IMG/VR virus record: IMGVR_UViG_3300047322_000608
Span: 1 to 64,000 of that record
Length of the DNA: 64,000 nucleotides
Origin: a virus
Reading direction: 5' to 3' (one strand)
Shown here: positions 56,854 to 64,000 of the stretch, one piece after another
Layout: every line of letters begins with the position of its first letter
Numbering within the stretch: the stretch's first letter is position 1
The notes under the pieces: generated by a model
The model's database searches: none
Seen by the model: the letters and a program-made list of their open reading frames with translations, nothing else
Told to the model about the DNA's origin: nothing
Position numbers and translations under genes: made by a program

Positions 56854-57206
56854 GCCACATCAAAACCTTGCGCTCCAAGAAGCGTAAATCCAAGCCGATG
56901 CTTCCGGTCATGGACAACCTGCGAATGCCTTCCGACCCGGAAGCGCAGAACGACTCCCGATCCGATTGGGCGGAAGTAGCCATTCGGGCGTTCATGCAAG
57001 CCACTGGCTCGGACGCTGGGGATGCTGTCTCCGATCTCTTGGCTGACTTAGCGCACTACTGCGACCGGCACGGGTTGGAGCTGGGGCATGAGTTGTGCCG
57101 AGCGTGTAGCCATTACGAGGAAGAGACGACCAACGAAGAAGTGGGTGAGAGCGAAGGCAGGCAGTTCACCCGCGTTCACATCTCACCCAGAGAGGACCAG
57201 CTATGA
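56850..57206 (+). CDS. hypothetical early protein
   Basis: N..R..WA..A...F......D..SDLL.DL.H.CD......A..HY.EE. Confidence 0.7.
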   Translation: MSHIKTLRSKKRKSKPMLPVMDNLRMPSDPEAQNDSRSDWAEVAIRAFMQATGSDAGDAVSDLLADLAHYCDRHGLELGHELCRACSHYEEETTNEEVGESEGRQFTRVHISPREDQL

Positions 57207-57292
57207 ACATTCGCTTCGGTGAATTCGTTTACCTGGCAGCGTTCGCGGTCGTGATGGCCATTGCGCTGCACATGCTGAAAGGAATGGTATGA
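57203..57292 (+). CDS. 29-aa single-TM peptide
   Basis: MNIRFGEFVYLAAFAVVMAIALHMLKGMV; GAGG RBS, ATGA overlaps at both ends; below ORF-track cutoff. Confidence 0.5.
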   Translation: MNIRFGEFVYLAAFAVVMAIALHMLKGMV

Positions 57293-57501
57293 ACATCCTG
57301 CCTTTGAAAGTCGTTGACCGGCCGGACGGTACGATTGAGATCCAGCGTGACGACGGAGTTCCGATTGCCGTCATGTGCCACAGCGCAGCGGCAGCGCAGA
57401 ACGCCCATGAGATCGTGAAGCGGGTGAACCAGTACGGAGACCTGGTTGCTCTGGTAATGGCTGCCAAAACGTTCGTCGCACTCATGGAAAAGATCCCATG
57501 A
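57289..57501 (+). CDS. hypothetical early protein
   Basis: coupled ORF; A.NA..IV..VN.Y.DL. Confidence 0.65.
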   Translation: MNILPLKVVDRPDGTIEIQRDDGVPIAVMCHSAAAAQNAHEIVKRVNQYGDLVALVMAAKTFVALMEKIP

Positions 57502-57576
57502 TCCTGGATCTCCTGCTCATAGAGCCCTGGCTACAGGCGCTGGTAATGGCGCTTGCGGCCCGGGCCTATCTTTGTT

Positions 57577-58041
57577 ATGCGAACAATCACTTGCTACAAA
57601 CTGTTTCAAACCAAGCGGACGGCGCCGGGCCGGATCTTCCCGCTCTTCATCGGCAAGGATAAGCCGACTCCGATCGGCGAATGGGTTCCGGCGCAATTCC
57701 TGCCGACCGATGGCTTTGCGCCGCGGCCGGGCTGGCACGTCGGGCCTTTGCCCAAGGCTCAGCATCTGATGTGCAAGGACGGGACCATGCCAGCCAGCCG
57801 GGTGTGGGCCCAGGTCGAGATCCTGGCGGACGTGGATTACACGCCATTGGCTGCCATTGCACCGACCAAGGATCTGCGCGGCCAAGTGCCGCACGGTGGA
57901 TACTATCGCTTCCCCAGGCCGATCAACCAGGGCGGGGAGTGGATCATTGCCGGGCAGATTCGGGTGCTGCGGCTGTTGTCGGAAGAGGAAGTTCAGCAGA
58001 TACTCAACAACGCGCATGATACCCAGGCTGCTCTCGTATGA
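57577..58041 (+). CDS. hypothetical phage protein
   Basis: YKLF...PLFI...GEW...GFA.RPGWH...RVW..VE...DY. Confidence 0.7.
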   Translation: MRTITCYKLFQTKRTAPGRIFPLFIGKDKPTPIGEWVPAQFLPTDGFAPRPGWHVGPLPKAQHLMCKDGTMPASRVWAQVEILADVDYTPLAAIAPTKDLRGQVPHGGYYRFPRPINQGGEWIIAGQIRVLRLLSEEEVQQILNNAHDTQAALV

Positions 58042-58798
58042 TTGGATTGTCCTAAACAGTTCGGCGGGAAAAGACTCGCAGGCAATGCTCGATTACGTGG
58101 TTGAGCAGGCCGATGCGGTTGGGTTCCCGCGCTCCAAGATCGTGGTAGCGCACGCCGACCTGGCTAAGGAAGAATGGCAAGGGACCAAGGAACTGGCCCG
58201 GAAACAAGCGGAGCACTACGGGTTGCGATTTGTCGTCATGAAACGGCGCCGCGCGGATGGGTCGGACGATTCGATCCTGGCTTATGCGCGGCGGCGCGGT
58301 AAATGGCCGAGCAGCGGCAATCGCTGGTGTACGTCCGATTTCAAGCGCGGCCCGATCGGCCGGCTTTTCACCAGCTTGGGCGAAGGACTGATCCTGAACT
58401 GCCTGGGAATGCGAGCGCAAGAATCGCCGAGCCGGGCCAAGTTGCCTGAGTTCGAGGAAAACAAACGCTACACAACAGCAAGCCGGTGCGTGGACAACTG
58501 GCTGCCGATCCATTCCTGGACACTCGAACAGGTCTGGGCGCGGATCAAAGCGTCGGGCGTACCGCATCATTATGCCTACGACCTTGGAATGCCCCGGCTG
58601 TCGTGCTGCTTCTGCATCTTCTCGCCGAAGCCTGCGCTGCTCCTGGCTGGGAAGCACAACCCGGAACTATTGGCCGAGTACGTTGCGACCGAGACAGCAA
58701 TCAATCATTCCTTCCGCAACGGCTTCAAGATCGCCGAGATTAAAGCGGCCCTGGACGCAGGCGAGCAACCAGGCAGGGTCCAAGACTGGGTCATGTAA
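58016..58798 (+). CDS. PAPS reductase-family (PP-loop) protein
   Basis: SSAGKDS, RWCT..FK, GMRA.ES..R, PI..W, H.AY..G..RLSC.FC. Confidence 0.9.
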   Translation: MIPRLLSYDWIVLNSSAGKDSQAMLDYVVEQADAVGFPRSKIVVAHADLAKEEWQGTKELARKQAEHYGLRFVVMKRRRADGSDDSILAYARRRGKWPSSGNRWCTSDFKRGPIGRLFTSLGEGLILNCLGMRAQESPSRAKLPEFEENKRYTTASRCVDNWLPIHSWTLEQVWARIKASGVPHHYAYDLGMPRLSCCFCIFSPKPALLLAGKHNPELLAEYVATETAINHSFRNGFKIAEIKAALDAGEQPGRVQDWVM

Positions 58799-58876
58799 GC
58801 AACACCGCACCGTGCTGCGGGGAAAGCACGGATCTTTTGCAGGCTTCCGACGTGTTCGGTGGCCTGGAAAGGAACA

Positions 58877-59563
58877 GTGACGAAAACAAAGAACAAGAAA
58901 CTCAAGTTTAGCGTGGAAGACCTGCGCAAGCTGAACCCCTGCCACGAAGCGCTGGCGTGGGTTGATAAGCAGCATGGCGAGTCTCCATCGGATCTGTGGC
59001 AGATGTGCCCTCGATCGGATTGGATGCTATGGCTGCTTGCACGGGTTCGACCGTTGTCCAAGCCGGAAGCGGTGACATTGGCGTGCCGGTTCGCGCTCAA
59101 AGTCCTGACGGTATTCGAGACCCGCTATCCATACGATAAGCGCCCGCGGCAGGCGATTGAGGCAGCTCAGGCGTGTCTGAAAGACCCGTCTGCTTCTGCT
59201 GCTTATGCTGCTGCTTCTGCTGCTTCTGCTGCTTATGCTGCTGCTGCTGATGCTGCTGCTGCTGATGCTTCTGCTGCTGCTGCTGCTTATGCTGCTGCTG
59301 ATGCTGCTGCTGATGCTTCTGCTTATGCTTCTGCTTATGCTGCTTATGCTGCTGATGCTGCTGCTGATGCTGCTGATGCTGCTGCTTATGCTTATGCTGC
59401 TGATGCTGCTGATGCTTCTGCTGCTTATGCTGCTGATGCTGCTGCTGCTGCTTATGCTGCTGATGCTGCTGCTGATGCTGCTGATGCTGCTGCTGATGCT
59501 GCTGCTGCTCGCAAGAAGCAGGCCGACATTATTCGCGAGATCATCGGCAACCCATTCAAGTGA
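58877..59563 (+). CDS. Imm5-like protein with Ala/Asp/Tyr/Ser repeat
   Basis: GTG start after AAAGGAACA; DWM.WL, AC.FA..VL..FE..YP.DKRPR.AI.AA, ..QADI.R; 107-aa low-complexity insert. Confidence 0.7.
   Translation: MTKTKNKKLKFSVEDLRKLNPCHEALAWVDKQHGESPSDLWQMCPRSDWMLWLLARVRPLSKPEAVTLACRFALKVLTVFETRYPYDKRPRQAIEAAQACLKDPSASAAYAAASAASAAYAAAADAAAADASAAAAAYAAADAAADASAYASAYAAYAADAAADAADAAAYAYAADAADASAAYAADAAAAAYAADAAADAADAAADAAAARKKQADIIREIIGNPFK
59189..59509 (+). repeat. 321-bp trinucleotide-based coding repeat (GCT/GAT/TAT/TCT only)
   Basis: 107 consecutive codons all of form KMT. Confidence 0.95.
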
Positions 59564-59781
59564 AGCTCTCAATTATCCTCTCGGTCTCGGCGATCATCCT
59601 GCGGTTCATCACGCCTGGGCCTGGGTCGTGGTACATCATGCGCCGGGATACGCCCTACCACGACATTGTTGAGACGGCCGGATACGAGACCAACGCCTGC
59701 GAGATCGAGCTAGAGATTCCCAACAGCAACCAGGCGGCAATCTACAAACTCCGGTTTTACCCCGGATCGACGAATCCGTGA
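59560..59781 (+). CDS. small protein with hydrophobic N-terminus
   Basis: GTGA-coupled to upstream gene. Confidence 0.55.
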   Translation: MKLSIILSVSAIILRFITPGPGSWYIMRRDTPYHDIVETAGYETNACEIELEIPNSNQAAIYKLRFYPGSTNP

Positions 59782-59850
59782 ACCCTCAAATCGAACACGC
59801 CAGCGTCTACTTCCCACGCAACTGGACGATGGTGCAAAAACTCGCGTGGA

Positions 59851-60042
59851 TTAAGGAAAGGAACGACCCGCCTTCGCCTTGCGCTTCCGATACGCCTTCC
59901 AGCGCCATTTAGCGCCGATGCGGCCTATTCGGGACATCTCCGCTCGGTCCCGGCTGCGGGCCTTACCGCCTGCGCTCTGGATCGCGCGGCACCTTGCTTT
60001 GGGAATGACGGCGAATCCTTGGGGAAGTTTGGCTTCTTTCAT
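59851..60042 (-). CDS. small basic protein
   Basis: AGGKAR...MS.IGR.GA..RW KGG-like pattern; lone antisense gene in early region. Confidence 0.55.
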   Translation of the reverse strand: MKEAKLPQGFAVIPKARCRAIQSAGGKARSRDRAEMSRIGRIGAKWRWKAYRKRKAKAGRSFP

Positions 60043-60133
60043 TTACGGCTAGAAATACTGCTGTTACTCGGGGAATTTAGTAAAGGCTTTTCGGGTAGCA
60101 GCAATTCGTATTAGCTGCTTGAATACCTGATAT

Positions 60134-60322
60134 ATGAGTCAGGCTACCATTCACGAGAGCAAGGCGACCTTCCAGGCCGAGGAAAGCTTTCAGCTCCAGC
60201 AGCTTCGGATGGAGAACCAGTGGCTGAGGCTACGGATCGAGAAGCTCAAGCTGCACGCGCTGTCTGACAATAAGCCCCCGCTGGTGTTGGAGCGAGAGCG
60301 GGTGCCGGCGCATAAGAATTGA
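60134..60322 (+). CDS. small coiled-coil protein
   Basis: TATG start; L..LR.EN..LR. Confidence 0.5.
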   Translation: MSQATIHESKATFQAEESFQLQQLRMENQWLRLRIEKLKLHALSDNKPPLVLERERVPAHKN

Positions 60323-60782
60323 AGTTTCGCTTGACGGCGGCGGTAGTGAGTGTGAATGTCCGAATGTCCGTAACGCTTTAAGGTGCGATGCGGCTCGAAT
60401 GACCCCGCTTGGGAGATTAGGCAAGGCCTGAGCACACCTGCCAAGGTGACTTTAAGGGGTCGCCCCTTTGAGAGTAGAGCCCTGATTCGCAATCCGTGCG
60501 GATCGGGGTTGTTGCTTTCCACCCTGCGGCATCAAAAGGATAGAGCAACCGGTCCGCGGAGTAACCAAGTAGTCTTGGGGGCGGGGACCGAAGACAAACA
60601 AGCCGTCTAGGGTTTGCTCCTCCAGGAACTTCCTTTGGCGGCAACGGCCAAGGGGAGGAGGGAGGGGTTTCTGAGGTTTTACGCCTCTTTTCTTTCCCCG
60701 CAGAACCTTTCTTAACTGGAACTGTTCTTCTGTTCGAGGCACCACGTTTAATCCGGAGTGCCCCGAAGAAAGGAACAGAACT

Positions 60783-61205
60783 ATGCGAATCAAGTTAGAA
60801 ACGATAGATCCGTGGGCCTTTGTTAAGCGGGCCTATAAGCTGGCTTACGATGCCTGCGGAGGGACAAGCGGCTACGGCATCTTCCAGGCTCGGGATCGGG
60901 TGACGGAGGACGACGTGTTCAAAAACGTGTCCTGTGCGGGGGATTACCCTGGAGGAAACCGTCAAGCCGAGGAGAGAGCCAAGGACGGCGAGTTCTATGG
61001 GGACTACGTGTTCGGTCGGATGGTGAAGCTCGGGATGAGAATTAAGGATGGGGTAGTTGAGATTCGGGATTACCGCTGGAGACCGGACTACAACGCATTC
61101 GTGGGGAAGTATCCGGACGGCGAAGCGTTGACCAAAGCCACGTTGCTATCGCTTGGAGAGCGGGAGGACTCCTACGGTATGGTCGAGGAGAAGGAGACCG
61201 CATGA
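60783..61205 (+). CDS. hypothetical early protein
   Basis: AAAGGAACA RBS; DYVFGRM.KL motif. Confidence 0.75.
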   Translation: MRIKLETIDPWAFVKRAYKLAYDACGGTSGYGIFQARDRVTEDDVFKNVSCAGDYPGGNRQAEERAKDGEFYGDYVFGRMVKLGMRIKDGVVEIRDYRWRPDYNAFVGKYPDGEALTKATLLSLGEREDSYGMVEEKETA

Positions 61206-61528
61206 TTATCGAGAAATCTGCAGAGACGCGGCTGGAGGCTGAGAAGGCGCTCCGGTGTCTGTTTATCGCGGTAGACGAGCAAGTTGCTCGGGACGTGCGA
61301 TCCAAGGTTATTACGGCGTTTGAGGACCAGGACGCGAGGAGCCAGTTGCTCATGGACACGATCAACCGGCAGGTGAAGGAGAACCGGATCCTGGTGGCCG
61401 CGCTCAAGGAGTGCTTCACGGACGAGAACGCCAGCGGCATGGTGCTTCCGAAATACGCCAAGCTCCGGATGCGGGCGATCAACGTGATTGTGGCGGGAGC
61501 GTTGCAGAAAGTGGGGGCGGCGGAATGA
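61202..61528 (+). CDS. hypothetical early protein
   Basis: AAGGAG RBS, ATGA overlap. Confidence 0.7.
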   Translation: MIIEKSAETRLEAEKALRCLFIAVDEQVARDVRSKVITAFEDQDARSQLLMDTINRQVKENRILVAALKECFTDENASGMVLPKYAKLRMRAINVIVAGALQKVGAAE

Positions 61529-61887
61529 ACAAGACATTGGGAAGAGTAAAGAAAACGGCCCGTGGATTCGAGATTATTGAATTTACGGATCATTACGGTC
61601 ATGCCTGCAGCGTGCAGCAATCAAGCCTTGCTATCTGGCAGACTCCGGGAACGAGCGCGCTCTGGATGGGGACGAACGACGCGAATCCGCTCGTGATGCA
61701 CCGGGATGCTGCGAGTGTCGGAGTTCAAACAGATAAAACCGAAGGTTGGGTGCCGTATCCGATCCCCGAAGAGGTTCAGTTGAACACTCGGATGCACCTT
61801 CACCGCAAGCAAGTGGCGGCGCTAATTCAGCATCTGCAATCGTGGCTGGACACCGGCAGCTTGAAGCTGCAGAAAGCCAAGGAATGA
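61525..61887 (+). CDS. hypothetical phage protein
   Basis: T.RGF..IEF.D.YG..CS.Q.SSLA...W.G...TRMHL...QV..L...LQ.W..TG.L. Confidence 0.75.
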   Translation: MNKTLGRVKKTARGFEIIEFTDHYGHACSVQQSSLAIWQTPGTSALWMGTNDANPLVMHRDAASVGVQTDKTEGWVPYPIPEEVQLNTRMHLHRKQVAALIQHLQSWLDTGSLKLQKAKE

Positions 61888-62186
61888 ACAACTTTGCCAG
61901 GTTAGTGGAATCGAGCCCGTTTTATGGGTTATTTGAGGGCGGGAAGGTGCCGGTCGTCGGGATCTTTCCAGCCCTTGCAGAGTGCGAAGGGGACGGTGTG
62001 CAAGAGGTTTACATGGTGGACATCGATCGGCTAAGCGCGGTGCAGATTAGCGCGATCCTGGACGTGCTGGGGGGCGGGGATAAAGAGCTACGGCTGGAGG
62101 CGGCCCGGGACATCAAAGAGCGGGGTTTGCCGCTCCGGGCCAAGAATGTGGTGTCGATCATTTCGGATGTGCCCTGGTTTTTATGA
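61884..62186 (+). CDS. hypothetical early protein
   Basis: start MNNFARL, ATGA overlap. Confidence 0.65.
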   Translation: MNNFARLVESSPFYGLFEGGKVPVVGIFPALAECEGDGVQEVYMVDIDRLSAVQISAILDVLGGGDKELRLEAARDIKERGLPLRAKNVVSIISDVPWFL

Positions 62187-62428
62187 AAACGACGTGCGCA
62201 TGGTGCGCTCAGGAACAGGCTAGCCCTCTTCTGCCTTGGGATAGCCACGGGATCTGCGAACGGCACAAAGCTGTAGTTTTGAAGGAGCTGGCCGAGCTTC
62301 ACGGAACAATCGAGCAGGAACAGCCTGATTTGGGGCACAAGCAGCCCTGTTTTGGGTTTAGAACGGTTTTGGCTATCTCGATAGGGTGTTTGCTAGGATG
62401 GGCAATTGAGAGGCTTTGTGGACGGTAG
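62183..62428 (+). CDS. small Zn-binding membrane protein
   Basis: CAWC...SHGIC..H; C-terminal hydrophobic helix. Confidence 0.65.
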   Translation: MKTTCAWCAQEQASPLLPWDSHGICERHKAVVLKELAELHGTIEQEQPDLGHKQPCFGFRTVLAISIGCLLGWAIERLCGR

Positions 62429-62464
62429 GACTCAAAAACAACGAAATAAACGAAAGGAACAGGT

Positions 62465-62707
62465 ATGGCTAGAAAGTATGATGCGGATAGGGCCAGGGCG
62501 GTCGAGGTTGAGCGCCTGGCGGAGAAGGACCCCGTGTTTGCTGTGAACTTCCGGGCGCTCACAGCTAACCATAAGTACAGACAGCTCAGGCCGACCGTGA
62601 CGAGCTGGCTCATGCGGCAGGCTCAGGCGAGGGAACGCAGGCAGATGCAGCATCAGTTCACTCCGACCAGGGTCACGGCCCAGGTGGAAAGGGAGTTGTT
62701 CGGATGA
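62465..62707 (+). CDS. hypothetical early protein
   Basis: AAAGGAACA RBS. Confidence 0.65.
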   Translation: MARKYDADRARAVEVERLAEKDPVFAVNFRALTANHKYRQLRPTVTSWLMRQAQARERRQMQHQFTPTRVTAQVERELFG

Positions 62708-62917
62708 GTAGCGTGGGGCTCTGCCCGCGTTGCGGCAAGGTGATCTCATTCAGATTCCCGGTTCACGACTGCCGCAAGCCCAAGAAAGCTAAAATGGAAA
62801 AACCGGCTAAGGGGCAAACCTTTCGCCGGTAAGGAACAGGTACGGGAGTATGAGGGCCCGCATCCGTGTGGCCTCTACTCTCGGACCGAAACGAAAATCA
62901 GTCAAGAAAGGAACATT

Positions 62918-63382
62918 ATGGGATTGGACATGTATCTGAAAGCCACTCGGTACATCGGCAACTGGGATCACACTTCGGAGTCCGAAAGAGCCAGGTATCG
63001 CGGAGTCACAGAGGCGATTGGATTCTCCGGGTTCAGTTGCCCTGGTTCGCCGCACTTGGTTGTGGATCTGTCGGTCGCTTATTGGCGGAAAGCCAACCAG
63101 ATCCATGCCTGGTTCGTGGAGCACGTCCAGGATGGGGAAGACGAGTGCCGGGAGCACTCGGTCAGCAAGGAGCAATTGCAGACGCTCTGCGATTTGTGCC
63201 AGCAAGTCCTGGACACAAAGAATGCCTCACTTCTGCCGCCTCGGCCCGGGTTCTTCTTCGGCAGCACGGACATCGACGATTATTACTGGCAGGATCTCAA
63301 GTATACCATCGACCAGCTCAAACCGTTGCTGGAAGATCCGCGGTTCCAAGGCTGGGATTTCACCTACCAGTCAAGCTGGTAG
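62918..63382 (+). CDS. hypothetical phage protein
   Basis: MGLDMYL...YWRKANQIH.WF...LP...GFFFGS..YQSSW; AAAGGAACA RBS. Confidence 0.8.
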   Translation: MGLDMYLKATRYIGNWDHTSESERARYRGVTEAIGFSGFSCPGSPHLVVDLSVAYWRKANQIHAWFVEHVQDGEDECREHSVSKEQLQTLCDLCQQVLDTKNASLLPPRPGFFFGSTDIDDYYWQDLKYTIDQLKPLLEDPRFQGWDFTYQSSW

Positions 63383-63386
63383 AAAA

Positions 63387-63439
63387 GCGCGAAACGGGCT
63401 TCGGCCCGTCTGCTGGTATGCGCCAGCACCGATGAGCGC
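63387..63439 (+). ncRNA. hammerhead self-cleaving ribozyme, type II, U4C core variant
   Basis: GCGC-GAAAC-GGGC(UUCG)GCCC-GUC-UGCUGG(UAUGCG)CCAGCA-CCGAUGA-GCGC; predicted cut after C63410. Confidence 0.85.
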
Positions 63440-63464
63440 CCGGAATAAACCACAAAGTCTGCGC

Positions 63465-63494
63465 TTGACATGCGTTAACGAAGTAAACTAGCGT
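63465..63494 (+). promoter_or_regulatory. sigma70-type promoter
   Basis: TTGACA-18 nt-TAGCGT just downstream of the hammerhead. Confidence 0.55.
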
Positions 63495-63517
63495 TTAACG
63501 AAAGGCAACAGTACGAT

Positions 63518-64000
63518 ATGAGTGATGGCAAATTGATCGATGGCGTCCTGGTCTGCATGACCAAGTCGTGCGGGATAGCCGGGTCCAAGGTGGACAAGGA
63601 GATGACCGCCGAAGTCGAGGACGATAAGAACGCCGGCCACGGAGCTGGCACCTGGAGCAACAAACTCTTCCCGCCTAAAGCGTGCGGCAAGAAGAACAGC
63701 TTCACCAACCTGCGAACGCACATGAGCCAGATGTACCACTGGCACATGGCCAATTCGTTCGTGTTCGAGAACGAACTGTGGCGGATCCTTCCAACCAAAA
63801 GAGTGGAAGCCTACCGCCAGGTCGTGGAAGTGGCAGGCAAGGCGACAGCACACACGCTATTGAACGAGTTCCTGGACGATTACGAGAACCTGAAGGATCT
63901 GGCGCGCAGGCCGCAACCGGACGGACGCGGCGAGTTGTTCAAGGACGACGATTACCCGTCCAAGGAAACGATTCGAGCCAAGTTCTTCTACGACGTCAGC
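63518..64000 (+). CDS. DUF3150-like early protein (truncated by window end)
   Basis: open frame MSDGKLIDGVLV...K.D...AG...KLF...RILP...F...Y..L....G.LF...DYPS...IR.KF to the end of the window; not in ORF track. Confidence 0.65.
   Translation, partial: MSDGKLIDGVLVCMTKSCGIAGSKVDKEMTAEVEDDKNAGHGAGTWSNKLFPPKACGKKNSFTNLRTHMSQMYHWHMANSFVFENELWRILPTKRVEAYRQVVEVAGKATAHTLLNEFLDDYENLKDLARRPQPDGRGELFKDDDYPSKETIRAKFFYDVS

Noticed and set aside
59189-59509. Diversity-generating retroelement or CRISPR array
   Set aside because: No reverse transcriptase, no template/variable repeat pair and no repeat-spacer periodicity in the window.
59027-59672. Poly-Leu/Met (59205-59672 +) and poly-Ser/Ile (59027-59572 -) ORFs
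   Set aside because: Alternative frames of the KMT repeat; only the Ala frame is embedded in a recognisable protein with an RBS.
60420-60445. GCAAGGCC as twister-sister ribozyme, or region as tmRNA/tRNA
   Set aside because: Lacks the GUGCAAG and CGCUCA elements, and has no acceptor stem or T-loop.
1-64000. Integrase/att sites, DNA polymerase, endolysin, tRNA genes
   Set aside because: None recognisable in this window; they may lie outside it, so lifestyle cannot be called.

Overview
This window is a contiguous segment of a dsDNA tailed-phage genome, most likely podovirus-like. It has a portal, scaffold, capsid, adaptor, nozzle and three ejection/internal virion proteins, and no tape measure or sheath gene is visible. 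Positions 0.5-47.6 kb (minus strand) read, in transcription order: recombination/replication genes (SSAP-like, DUF2800-like nuclease, RuvC-like, DnaB), terminase, portal, scaffold, capsid, tail and ejection proteins (including a ~2930-aa polyvalent protein), fibre-like proteins and small membrane proteins. Many modifying enzymes are interleaved among these structural genes: three glycosyltransferase-like genes, a methyltransferase, a sulfotransferase-like protein, an ATP-grasp ligase, a HAD phosphatase, a neck protein fused to a purple-acid-phosphatase domain, and a degenerate citrate-synthase-like protein. Positions 47.7-51.3 kb (plus) are a block of mostly exported small proteins and a beta-helix enzyme. 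Positions 51.4-52.9 kb hold a rep-like gene and a probable origin region. Positions 52.9-64 kb (plus) are an early region with a MoxR AAA/vWA pair, a PAPS-reductase-family gene and many small ORFs. The strongest unannotated signal is RNA-level. A near-canonical twister ribozyme (52817-52893) opens the early region and a type II hammerhead with a U4C core change (63387-63439) closes a ~10.6-kb block. The intergenic spaces of that block are packed with long hairpins, several of which occlude a conserved AAAGGAACA ribosome-binding motif. Other highlights are fibre-like proteins carrying Sec signal peptides and enriched in Thr-Asn, and a 107-codon repeat built only from KMT codons (Ala/Asp/Tyr/Ser). 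A Verrucomicrobiota-type host is a tentative inference. All protein family calls are by motif recognition, not database search.
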